Origin: a virus
IMG/VR virus record: IMGVR_UViG_3300035698_004821
Location: 1-64,000 of that record
Strand: one strand, 5' to 3'
Length of the DNA: 64,000 nt
The position numbers were made by a program, and so were the translations under genes. Below are positions 18,954 to 28,246 of the stretch, piece after piece (position 1 is the stretch's first letter; each line of letters opens with the position of its first letter). The notes beneath the pieces were generated by a model, which saw nothing but the letters and a program-made list of their open reading frames with translations, searched no databases and was not told the origin of the DNA.

Positions 18954-20627
18954 ATGACTAATTACCTTCCTCGTGTTAATACAATACTAAATGATCAAGG
19001 TTTAAAGATTGCTCCGCCTCCTGCCGGTCCGAAAGTAACCCTTCTGGGAGTAACATCCAACCCGGATGTGCCTCTTCTGGAGCCGTTCACAGTAGGTTCA
19101 GTGGAGAAAGCAATCAACTCGCTTTACTTCGACTTAGGTGGAGAAGCTGGAGGGTGGCCTGCGACCACTTATCCTGGTGAACTAGCACTGGCTATTGAAG
19201 AAGCCATTGCTGCAGGTGCACCAAATATTGAAATCGTAGCTATTGGCTACTACAGTGGGGCTGACCTGCTGAACTATATTAAGCCGAATGCTATGCAATC
19301 GGGCAGGTACACGGACCTAGAAGAGGCCTACGAAGTCCTGCGTAATAGAACGCTTGACGTCGTTGTTCCGGTCGGAGCTTACATGGATGACAACATCTAT
19401 GATAGCGTATCTGGTGCAGCACTATCTTGGAACTTCGGAAAGCAGCTTGCTGACTTCTGTTTCCAAGCCACTTCAGAGGAAAACTCTTGCGTGGGTGTTA
19501 TACCTAACAGACCGATTCTAAGTTGGGCTATGCGCCATGCAGTAAACACCACGGGACATAACGCTGATGCTTACTTCCAAGAGTACAAGGATGGGCCTGG
19601 ACTAACGACAGATGCTACGCTACTTGCAGAGATGCAAAGCCTTTACGGAACCACATGGATCACAGGTGGTAACGACTCATCTGCCACTGAGATTCGTGAT
19701 GCTATAGCTTCTGTTGAGTACGGAACACCGTCTACTAGACTAATCAAGGAATGGCACGCCTACCATGCGTACCCAGAAACTGCTGGTAAGTTTAACTCTG
19801 CTGTATCAGGCCTTACCTATTACAACAGTGCGTACAACGCTTGGCAAAAGGGAGCTGCAGACCAAGATGGTAACATGCTAGGTGCTGTTACAGTGGATGG
19901 TGCTACAGCGGTTAACTCAGCTTACTTCGCTTCGTGGCAGGCAACTGACTCGGAAGATGCTGCTGCAGTAGACTCAAGAAATGGTAAGATTGACGCCGGC
20001 CAATACCTGAGTGTATTCACAACACCACTGAGAAGTGTTGGCACACAGACGTCGCAGAGAGCACTAGCTGTCGGAGCTTCGCTATCTAACACATCCCGTA
20101 ACACTGATGGAGCTGCAGCATACGCAGGTCTAATGACTAGTCTTGCCCCACAGTCTTCAACGACTAACAAGCAAGTTGGTGGAGTTGCGCAGCTCAAGCT
20201 GCTGTCAGCTAAGCAAGCTAATGACCTAGTCGGAATCAGACACGTCACCATGTACAGTAGAACAAGTGGTCTAACTGTTGCCTCTGGAGTAACGGGTGCC
20301 CACAGTGTAACTAGGTACGTTCGTTCTGACTACGTCAGACTAACGACTGTTAGAATTGTGCACGCTACAGTTGACCTAATTCGTTCGGTCGCTAACAAAT
20401 ACATTGGAGAGCCTAACAATGCTCCTCAGATGAATGCATTGGATGCAGAAATTGACCAAGTACTATTGAGCATGAAGGGGTCTGGCGCACTAAACGGCTA
20501 CAGCTTCTCTATCTCATCAACACCTGATCAAAGAGTACTAGGCATATTAGATATTAATCTAACTCTGGTACCAGCCTTCGAGATCACTACTATTAACCTA
20601 GTAGTCTCACTGTCGAAAGAACTATAA
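18954..20627 (+). CDS. Tail sheath protein
   Basis: N-terminal LPRVNTILNDQGL and C-terminal SDYVRLTTVRIV...YIGEPNN...LTLVPAFEITTI are sheath signatures. SD GGAG (18940-43). Confidence 0.9.
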   Translation: MTNYLPRVNTILNDQGLKIAPPPAGPKVTLLGVTSNPDVPLLEPFTVGSVEKAINSLYFDLGGEAGGWPATTYPGELALAIEEAIAAGAPNIEIVAIGYYSGADLLNYIKPNAMQSGRYTDLEEAYEVLRNRTLDVVVPVGAYMDDNIYDSVSGAALSWNFGKQLADFCFQATSEENSCVGVIPNRPILSWAMRHAVNTTGHNADAYFQEYKDGPGLTTDATLLAEMQSLYGTTWITGGNDSSATEIRDAIASVEYGTPSTRLIKEWHAYHAYPETAGKFNSAVSGLTYYNSAYNAWQKGAADQDGNMLGAVTVDGATAVNSAYFASWQATDSEDAAAVDSRNGKIDAGQYLSVFTTPLRSVGTQTSQRALAVGASLSNTSRNTDGAAAYAGLMTSLAPQSSTTNKQVGGVAQLKLLSAKQANDLVGIRHVTMYSRTSGLTVASGVTGAHSVTRYVRSDYVRLTTVRIVHATVDLIRSVANKYIGEPNNAPQMNALDAEIDQVLLSMKGSGALNGYSFSISSTPDQRVLGILDINLTLVPAFEITTINLVVSLSKEL

Positions 20628-20642
20628 TAATAGAGGTATATT

Positions 20643-21329
20643 ATGACAAATAAAGGTTTAGCACCATCAGGCGCAGGTAGATCGGCATCGTCATTCCAGA
20701 AAACGTACAACTCGTTCTCTGGGGTTGACATGGTCGTAACGTTTGGAGGTAAGATATTGGGTGAGCTACAAGGTATTTCGTACACCATTCAAAGAGAAAA
20801 GGCTCCCATCTACTCGATGGGCGAAGCTGATCCGAGATCTTTTTCAAGATCAAAGAGAGGTATCGCAGGGTCTATTGTCTTTGTAGTGTTCGACCGTTCA
20901 GCGCTTCTTGAAGCGATGAGGGACCGTCCTTACGTAGCCAACCGGTACTCGATACCAGAGGGTTTTGAAATTGCCGACGTCAATGTTGACACTATTGAAA
21001 TCGTACCTGGTGTCATCGGTCCTGCTGTAGGTTCAGCATCACCGACTGTATCTAGAATCGCTCTAGATAAGGTAATAGCTGCCCCGAACTACATTGACCA
21101 GGTCCTGCCTTTCGATGTTGTTATCACGGCATCTAACGAATATGGCGCTGTAGCCAGAATGATGATTCATGGAGTTGAAATTATGAACGTGGGCTCGTCC
21201 CTCTCGATTAACGACATCACCACTGATGAGGCATGCACCTACATTGCTACTGCGGTCACTCCTTGGAAGGACCAAGGCTTCATTAGAATTAACAACGATG
21301 GACGTTCAGCAACGTTTGTTGGTGGGTGA
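20643..21329 (+). CDS. Major tail tube protein
   Basis: Follows the sheath. SFSGVDM, REKAPIYSMG..PRSFSRSKRGIAGSIVF, DQVLPFDVVITASNEYG. SD GAGGT and a downstream terminator suggest high expression. Confidence 0.8.
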   Translation: MTNKGLAPSGAGRSASSFQKTYNSFSGVDMVVTFGGKILGELQGISYTIQREKAPIYSMGEADPRSFSRSKRGIAGSIVFVVFDRSALLEAMRDRPYVANRYSIPEGFEIADVNVDTIEIVPGVIGPAVGSASPTVSRIALDKVIAAPNYIDQVLPFDVVITASNEYGAVARMMIHGVEIMNVGSSLSINDITTDEACTYIATAVTPWKDQGFIRINNDGRSATFVGG

Positions 21330-21347
21330 TAACTAGTAAGTAATCCT

Positions 21348-21385
21348 GGGTCAGCTAGCTTTATCCCTAGTTGGCCCCCTTTTTT
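21348..21385 (+). terminator. Intrinsic terminator after the tube gene
   Basis: GGGTCAGCTAG pairs with CTAGTTGGCCC (11 bp with G-U pairs), followed by CC and T6. Confidence 0.8.
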
Positions 21386-21388
21386 ATC

Positions 21389-22123
21389 ATGGCTGACAAC
21401 GTTCAAAATCAAGTATTCGTCAACGGCAACGTGGCTAAGCTTTTAGGCCCCTCTTTAGGTCGCCAAGCAGCTTTCCAAAGTTATTCAGGCACAGACATAT
21501 CGGCCTTTATTTACTTGCCATTACTCGCTCAGAGTTCTATGAAGGGTAAAGCACCCAAAAAGTCAAAGCTTTTTGCTACACTGCAGACTATGTCTATCTC
21601 TAGTACTAGGTCTGTATCCCCCGTAAGAGTGTTCGGTCGCTCTAGTCCTCTCGCATATACTCGCGGAGCTAGAACAATAGCTGGTACTCTTGTCTTCGCA
21701 TCAGTTAACGAAGACGTATTCCAAGACATTTATGATGAAGGTATTGGTGAGAGCACAATGGCTGCTTCCTCTTCATTACTATCAGATCAACTTCCTCCTT
21801 TCAGCATTGTCATAACGGCAGCTAACGAGAAGGGTGGCGCAGCTATCCACGCTGTGCATGGTATCACCTTAGTTAACTATGGTACCACCTACAGTATTGA
21901 TGACCTCTACACTGAAGTGACGTATAGTTATGTAGCGACAGACGTTCTACCTCTAATGGCTAACGCAGTCTCCTTTGAAAGAGCCAAGAGAGAAGACGTC
22001 CCTATCAGTCCCGCCCTTGTTAATGTGTCTGATATTATCACAAAGAACATTAGCAAGGCATACGGAACTGAAGAGGACTATGTACGAGCCATACGTAAGA
22101 AGCTAGATCCCAACAATAGATAG
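21389..22123 (+). CDS. Tail tube paralogue 2 (likely start ATG 21389)
   Basis: SYSGTDI, RGARTIAGTLVF and DQLPPFSIVITAANEKG parallel the motifs of 20643..21329. The listed start at 21371 lies inside the terminator stem. Confidence 0.75.
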   Translation: MADNVQNQVFVNGNVAKLLGPSLGRQAAFQSYSGTDISAFIYLPLLAQSSMKGKAPKKSKLFATLQTMSISSTRSVSPVRVFGRSSPLAYTRGARTIAGTLVFASVNEDVFQDIYDEGIGESTMAASSSLLSDQLPPFSIVITAANEKGGAAIHAVHGITLVNYGTTYSIDDLYTEVTYSYVATDVLPLMANAVSFERAKREDVPISPALVNVSDIITKNISKAYGTEEDYVRAIRKKLDPNNR

Positions 22124-22141
22124 ACCAGGCATAGATTTCTA

Positions 22142-22864
22142 ATGACATACCTGTATCCCACAGCAAGTACTGTAGCCATCTTTCTCAATGGGTACCACAT
22201 AGAGCAGAGCTACCAGCTCCAGTACAAAGAGTCCGTCAACAAGGTCCCCATCTTTGGGTATAATGACCACTCGTATTCTAAGGTTGCTCTAGGCAGACAG
22301 ATGATACAAGGCGTACTGGTAGTTAACTTCCTCTTCGCTGGTTACCTCAATGCTATCATAGACACCATGTTTGACGAAGGGGGTGCCTACGTACCTAAAC
22401 TTTATAACTATGGCTTCTCTGAAAAAGGGGAGACACAGAAACAAAGGTTGGTAACAGGCATCAAAAATGAGATGCGTACTGAGTTACCACCCAACGCAGA
22501 TGCGGATACTCGCGCCGCAAGAGCCTCATACATCGCCTCCCTCTTGTCTAAGGACAAGAACACACGGGATGCCACTAAGGCTGCCTTGGAAAGCGCCTTT
22601 AACCCAGACGTTCAGAGTAATGGGGGTGCCATAACAAACCTACACAGCCCATTAACATCGAACAACCAAAGTATTACTCTAGATATTTATTATCAGGATC
22701 CAGAATATGCTACCTGGTTTACACGCTTTAAAAACGTAAACTTTTATGAAGTGAGTCAAGTAGCCTCTATGGCAGGAGCCGAAGGAAGTTCAGACCCCCT
22801 ATACGAAGTATATAGCTTTGTAGCTAGCGAAAAGATAATAAAACTAGTTAGTGAGAACACATAA
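22142..22864 (+). CDS. Tail tube paralogue 3 / tube initiator-like
   Basis: KVPIFGYN...ALGRQMIQGVLVVN and YEVYSFVA are distant versions of the tube motifs. Confidence 0.6.
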   Translation: MTYLYPTASTVAIFLNGYHIEQSYQLQYKESVNKVPIFGYNDHSYSKVALGRQMIQGVLVVNFLFAGYLNAIIDTMFDEGGAYVPKLYNYGFSEKGETQKQRLVTGIKNEMRTELPPNADADTRAARASYIASLLSKDKNTRDATKAALESAFNPDVQSNGGAITNLHSPLTSNNQSITLDIYYQDPEYATWFTRFKNVNFYEVSQVASMAGAEGSSDPLYEVYSFVASEKIIKLVSENT

Positions 22865-23289
22865 TGACAGACAAGAAAACAACATTACCTGTAGAAGTAC
22901 AGGCCTCAGTAGATACAGCTAAGGCAGAGGGACACGTAGTGTTCGCTGTTAAGTTAGCTGGCGTAAAGTACATATACAGAAGTATAAACAGAAAGGAGTT
23001 CAGAGAACTCCAAGGACTCATCGCCGACGAGGCTGAAAAAGCCAAAGCAGTAAATGATGCGGCTAAGCTAGGCCTAGCAGAAGGTGACCCTATGATGGCC
23101 TCTTTGGATACAAAGCTTGAGAAGCTAGCTATTGATATCAGAGAAAGCGGAGAAGAAAGGCTAGTCCAGAAGGGACTACTGCACCCATCCCTTTCCGAGA
23201 ACACACCCGCTGGTGTATCAACCACAATAGCTGACCGAATAATGGAAGCCAGTGCGTTTGGCTCAGAAGAAGAACCTGAAATGCTCTAG
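22864..23289 (+). CDS. Tail assembly chaperone 1
   Basis: YIYRSINRKEFREL...PAGVSTTIADRIMEASAF; position between the tubes and the tape-measure locus. Confidence 0.6.
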   Translation: MTDKKTTLPVEVQASVDTAKAEGHVVFAVKLAGVKYIYRSINRKEFRELQGLIADEAEKAKAVNDAAKLGLAEGDPMMASLDTKLEKLAIDIRESGEERLVQKGLLHPSLSENTPAGVSTTIADRIMEASAFGSEEEPEML

Positions 23290-23906
23290 TGGACATAAAC
23301 CAGATACTAGATCCCCAGAAAGTGGATAAGCTGTTCCGTGCCAAAGCAGAGTATGGGCAGCTTTTTTCGTTTAACTCAAAAGAGTTCGTGTCTGTCTTCA
23401 GACCACTAACCGTGGAAGAGACAGAGACACTAGCTTTGTTAGGTGAAAGGCTAAATCAATGCGCCGTAGAGGACTGGATATTTAGCACCTGCTTTGTGGC
23501 TGGGAACAAGGACGTACCCTACTTCTTAGAAGAGGGCCCGTTCCTTTACGTTAGCAACATAGCTTCTCAGATACCTGTCATGTCTAGTGCACAGGATAAA
23601 AAGACGTACAACAAAGCTGTACTGCAATCCCGAGAAGAACTTAACACCCTACAAAACGTTGTAGAGGTTATAATCACTAAGGGATACATGGGCTTAAAGG
23701 ACGTTAAGAAGTATAGCCAAAGAAAGCAGTTTGACTTACTAGCTAGAGCAGAGAGCATTTCTGGAGAGATGTTAGACCTAGGTGAAAAGGGCAAGAACAA
23801 AAGGGCCCTTAGAAAGTTCACAGAAGGCGCCACAGTTATAGGTGGCACCGAGAATATAACGAGCCCCACCGTAGCCGATAAGCCTGACTTTAACGAAGAG
23901 TTCTAA
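23289..23906 (+). CDS. Tail assembly chaperone 2 (paralogue-like)
   Basis: VFRPLTVEE parallels IYRSINRKE of the previous gene; TAGTG-coupled. Confidence 0.55.
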   Translation: MDINQILDPQKVDKLFRAKAEYGQLFSFNSKEFVSVFRPLTVEETETLALLGERLNQCAVEDWIFSTCFVAGNKDVPYFLEEGPFLYVSNIASQIPVMSSAQDKKTYNKAVLQSREELNTLQNVVEVIITKGYMGLKDVKKYSQRKQFDLLARAESISGEMLDLGEKGKNKRALRKFTEGATVIGGTENITSPTVADKPDFNEEF

Positions 23907-26900
23907 TGACCAGCGACTACATCAACAGACAAGCAGATCAGGAGAGACAACGATCTGTAGACGCAGACCAAAGTAAATGGGTAGCTCCATTCGCTGCTGG
24001 CCTAGGTGTCATTGGTCTTGGTTCCTATCTGTTGAAGACGAGGCTAACGCATGGTGGAGAGTTCGTTAGCAACATGTTCAATTTCTTGGGTGTGCCTAGA
24101 GGCATATCCTTGTCATCAGATGCAGCTGCTAACGTTGGTAAGTCACAAGCTAGAGCAGGCAACTCAGGTCTAAGAAGTCTACTTAATTCCACCTACGATA
24201 TAAATAGAAACAGGCTTAACATAGGCCCTATAGATTTAATAGATGATCTTAGAAACTCTATACAGCTCATCGGCAACACCGATGTCTCCATAGGAAGGCA
24301 CATCTTAGAGAGAACTACTGAGTACGTAAACCGTGAGATGGTAGCCAATGGACCCAACACTGGGTTCTTTACTAGGGACTTGGACCGTGTCACCTTTGGC
24401 CAAGTACTAAAAGACCAAAAAGCTTGGTCCAAAGTTCTAGGTGATGAGCAGCTTTCCGTAATAGCCCGAGCCAAAGAACTAAAGGTAATAGGGGACGACA
24501 CTCTACTCGATAAGAGGATCTTCTACAACAAAGGTACCAATGAGATCCTAGACCTTAGACTTAGAAACTTAACATCCAAGGTTGTCGAAAGGAAGACCGG
24601 AGCAGGCTCCGTCTTTGAAAGAACAGGTAAGTTTGATATGTTTGGGCAAGCGAATGTGCTCTCATCTATCTTTGGTGTTAAGGGTAGAGGTATTGCCCTT
24701 CTAGGTCCAGGAGATGGACACGCAGGTTCTAGGGTATTCATTGGTGGCAACACATATCGCTATCAGCTGAATCTAGCTACTAAGTCCTATGATGAAGTTC
24801 ACATAGGTGCGAACAGGACTCTAAGAAAGTCAGGCTCCCCACTAGAAGTGATCTCAGCATCTAGGGATGGAAGGATAGAGCTAAAGACTGCCCCCAAGAA
24901 AGGGCTGGTCGGATGGATGGAAAGGAACCTAGGTATAGGTACCTCCTTTAGTAGTAGGCCCACCCGAATCGAAACGGTGATTATAAACCCGTACAAGAGG
25001 TTTAGAGCTCTCCAAAAGGGAGAAGCTATAATCTTTAGCCACCCGTATAAGCGCCACGGTAAGTCATCCAATATGATGGATGCAGTCTTAGGTGGAGAGG
25101 CTCCTGAAATATCTACTTTAGGTTCAGGCCATGTAAGGGCAGGCACGGGCACCAGTGTCAAGATGTCTGACATAAGCGGTAGGACTTGGGGATTCATACC
25201 TAATAGGGTGGCCGTTATATTTGGTCTACTTGACGACTACTCTGTTATTGCAAAGAAAAACTATAAGAAGTATCTGTCGGGTGCACAGGACTCTATCTCC
25301 TCTTCAGACTTTGTTGTCCCTCTCAAAACAGGTGGGTATAAGATAACAGGCAGAACTATACCAGAGAGATCTGCTGCCAATAACCTAACCGATGTTGTCT
25401 CAGATGACCTGAGCGCAGGAGGGGTACCTTCTAAAACTAATCGCTATGGCTACTATGACACAAAGAAAGTAGCTGGCTCTAGCACTCTGTCTGGTCTTAG
25501 AGACGCAGCATCTTACATGCTGTACAGGGTAAATAGTCTCGCCTCTGAGACTGGCCTAGGTATTAGCTTCGCTCCCAGTCATAAGATATCGACTAACTTG
25601 GCTAGACTAGGTGGTGTCGCCTTTGCTTACGAGGGTCTACGGCAGGCTGGTCTCTACGCAGACTACGCGGTAGAGAAGGTAACAGGCTTCTCACCCATCA
25701 AAGCAGTAGCATCAGCGTATGCCGGAACTCGCATAGCACAACAAAAGGCCAGAGAAGTAACAGGCATCCAGCAGGGTGCTGAGTTCCTGGACAAGTACTT
25801 CCCAGGTAGTGTCAACTCAGAAGGCTCAACACTAATAAGAAGTATCCTGGCTCCCATGTTTGTCGCCAGTCGCTTCCTAAAAAAGGCTAACTACTTAGGG
25901 GCTGCACTAGGGGCAGGTGTAACCTATGCTGCTATAGGTGGTTCAGAGCCAGGGCAAGAAACTTCAGAGCTGATAAGAGAGTACTCAGGTGACAAGAAGG
26001 TTGCCGTGCGTAAGGGTGCCTTCTGGGGTATGGGTTATACCCCCTTCTTCGGTGGTGAAGTAGACAGGTATCAGGCTGGCTGGTATGCTAAGCTCCAATC
26101 TGACTATAGAAACAAATCCATTTACGGCTCTAATGATGAGTACTGGAAATACCACGCCAACGTGTTCGGTGTTCCATTGCCTACCCCATCCAACATGTTC
26201 GGTCTCAGCAACATCCTGAACCCTTACAGGATGGAGGACATTAATAGAGAGAACAGACCGTACATACAGTCGTCGCACCCTATAAGTAATTTCCCAATCA
26301 TTGGTCCGATACTGGGAGCTACTCTGGGAGAGCTGATGAAGCCCACGGTATTCCGTACTCCAGATCAGCTACCCCTGCTAAAGGCAGGTCTAGCACCCGC
26401 AGGCCTTACTCCGTCCACAGCTAGAATGATGGGTCTGTCATCCATGGAGGCTACTAGCCCTGAAGCAGAGAGCCCTAACACTATATCTAACCTTATAGCT
26501 AAGCAAGCCAACATTGCTACGGAACCTCTGGGTGTCTATAAGTTTGCTATGGAGTTCTTTGGCATAAGTACTAAGCCTGAGATGGGTAGAGAGTATGCCA
26601 CTAGTGCCACCATAGGTGATCCAGGTAGACAGCTCTATGACTCATCACTAGCTGGTGCTTTCGGACAAACAGAATTCATACGTCGTTTCATGCTCGGTGA
26701 CTACAGCGCCCAGTACAGAAGAGCGGCGGCCATCAACCCTATAAAGAACTCCATGCCCGACTGGTTGCCTGGTGCGTTCTCCTCTACAGATGCCGATAAG
26801 GCTTACTTCAGAGACTTCACCATGGGTGACCCTTACTCTAAGATTAAAGATGGAGAGGCCAGGCTACCTGGCAAGGGCTATGAAGCTCTGAATGAGCTTC

Positions 26901-28246
26901 ACTCAGGGACACCGGGTAAGTATAGTGATGTAGACAAATTCTTGATCCTATCTGATGTGGCACCATACTCCTCAGCGTACACCCAGTATGAGCAGAAGGT
27001 CAGAGACCTGAAGCTGGAAGGACGTTGGGGTAAGAAGGTAGAAGAAGCTATAGAGCACAGGCGACAATCTATAGGTGTAGACGACAGGTACAAGAGGTAT
27101 GAGGAAGAGATTATAGATCTAAACCTTAATATCTTGGCCGGTGCTGTGTACGAGCCTTTAAGGAAAGGCTATGATTTCTTAACCCATGATGTGCTTGCTG
27201 AGATACCGTACATAGGTTCTAAGCTATTCCCCTTCCGTAACCCTCACGAACAGTACCGTAAGACGCATGTCGAAGGGTCCGAGTACGCCTCCTGGGATAA
27301 ACCTTATGAAGGCATCATACGCCCTATGATATATGACACTGCATTGGAAGACCCTATCACAGCAGCCGGTAAAGGCGCTGTGCTGGGACTTCTAATATCA
27401 GGCCCCATGAAGTGGTTCTCCCCCTTAAAGTCCATCGTGAGCAACCCTGGGCACTCCTTCAACATGACTACCATGGCAGCGGGAGCAATAGGTGGTGCTG
27501 GACTAAGTACAGTGCGGATAGCTTCTGGCAATGACCAGAACATGTTGCCTAGCCACATTGAGGATGAGAGCGCAGCCATTGGCTACATGGACAAGATTGC
27601 TTACATCAAAGGGAGGGTGGAAGAGCAGGGAGGAGGCAGTAGTCTCCAGGCCAATAAGACTATGGTTGGAGCTAAGACAGTCATCAACTATAGGTCTGCT
27701 TTACCCAGGTCATCAGACAGAAGGTATTTTGACTACTTTGTTGGGCAAGAAAACGAAGATGTTAGATCGCAAATAATGGGAGGTCTCCCAAATTACATGC
27801 GGGAAGGCCTTAGTAAGACTTGGAATCAAGATTTTAATACGAGGCAGGAGTCTGATCAACAGATATTAGACTTCGTTAACACTAATGAGATTCCTGATCT
27901 TGGGTGGCAAGGATGGAGGCCTGAAGTCTCTGCTGCGGCCACTAAACTTAAGTTTGTACAGCATGGCATTAATGGTATATCTAATGATATACACAGATTC
28001 GGTTTCTTTGAGTCACACGAGATAGATATGAAGACAAGACTTAAAGAGTTCTCTAGTCAGAATATTAACTTCGTGCAGTCACCGATGCACTCAAGCTTTG
28101 ATTCCTTCCTCATGGGGCAGTCAAAGAGTATAGGAAAGTCTTCTTTCCGAATAGACTCCTTCTCCACACCTCAAGGTAGTCGCCGTGATATGACGGTGTA
28201 CGCTGATAAGGACAAAGAGCTTCTAGACCAAGTCAGGCGTAGATAA
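23906..28246 (+). CDS. Tape-measure-locus protein A (1446 aa; tape measure / DNA ejection protein)
   Basis: Directly follows the chaperones. Several Gly/Ala hydrophobic segments (FAAGLGVIGLGSYLL, LGAALGAGVTYAAIGG, AAGKGAVLGLLISG, AAGAIGGAGL). Confidence 0.6.
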   Translation: MTSDYINRQADQERQRSVDADQSKWVAPFAAGLGVIGLGSYLLKTRLTHGGEFVSNMFNFLGVPRGISLSSDAAANVGKSQARAGNSGLRSLLNSTYDINRNRLNIGPIDLIDDLRNSIQLIGNTDVSIGRHILERTTEYVNREMVANGPNTGFFTRDLDRVTFGQVLKDQKAWSKVLGDEQLSVIARAKELKVIGDDTLLDKRIFYNKGTNEILDLRLRNLTSKVVERKTGAGSVFERTGKFDMFGQANVLSSIFGVKGRGIALLGPGDGHAGSRVFIGGNTYRYQLNLATKSYDEVHIGANRTLRKSGSPLEVISASRDGRIELKTAPKKGLVGWMERNLGIGTSFSSRPTRIETVIINPYKRFRALQKGEAIIFSHPYKRHGKSSNMMDAVLGGEAPEISTLGSGHVRAGTGTSVKMSDISGRTWGFIPNRVAVIFGLLDDYSVIAKKNYKKYLSGAQDSISSSDFVVPLKTGGYKITGRTIPERSAANNLTDVVSDDLSAGGVPSKTNRYGYYDTKKVAGSSTLSGLRDAASYMLYRVNSLASETGLGISFAPSHKISTNLARLGGVAFAYEGLRQAGLYADYAVEKVTGFSPIKAVASAYAGTRIAQQKAREVTGIQQGAEFLDKYFPGSVNSEGSTLIRSILAPMFVASRFLKKANYLGAALGAGVTYAAIGGSEPGQETSELIREYSGDKKVAVRKGAFWGMGYTPFFGGEVDRYQAGWYAKLQSDYRNKSIYGSNDEYWKYHANVFGVPLPTPSNMFGLSNILNPYRMEDINRENRPYIQSSHPISNFPIIGPILGATLGELMKPTVFRTPDQLPLLKAGLAPAGLTPSTARMMGLSSMEATSPEAESPNTISNLIAKQANIATEPLGVYKFAMEFFGISTKPEMGREYATSATIGDPGRQLYDSSLAGAFGQTEFIRRFMLGDYSAQYRRAAAINPIKNSMPDWLPGAFSSTDADKAYFRDFTMGDPYSKIKDGEARLPGKGYEALNELHSGTPGKYSDVDKFLILSDVAPYSSAYTQYEQKVRDLKLEGRWGKKVEEAIEHRRQSIGVDDRYKRYEEEIIDLNLNILAGAVYEPLRKGYDFLTHDVLAEIPYIGSKLFPFRNPHEQYRKTHVEGSEYASWDKPYEGIIRPMIYDTALEDPITAAGKGAVLGLLISGPMKWFSPLKSIVSNPGHSFNMTTMAAGAIGGAGLSTVRIASGNDQNMLPSHIEDESAAIGYMDKIAYIKGRVEEQGGGSSLQANKTMVGAKTVINYRSALPRSSDRRYFDYFVGQENEDVRSQIMGGLPNYMREGLSKTWNQDFNTRQESDQQILDFVNTNEIPDLGWQGWRPEVSAAATKLKFVQHGINGISNDIHRFGFFESHEIDMKTRLKEFSSQNINFVQSPMHSSFDSFLMGQSKSIGKSSFRIDSFSTPQGSRRDMTVYADKDKELLDQVRRR

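Noticed and set aside
18938-18961. 7-codon mini-ORF (MEIKYND) coupled to the upstream stop and overlapping the sheath start
   Set aside because: It is likely a by-product of TAA followed by the TGGAG SD sequence, and too short to support.
23235-23291. Programmed -1 frameshift between the two tail chaperones (lambda G/GT style)
   Set aside because: The -1 frame is open only from 23235 and contains no XXXYYYZ slippery heptamer. The junction is a TAGTG overlap like others in the window.
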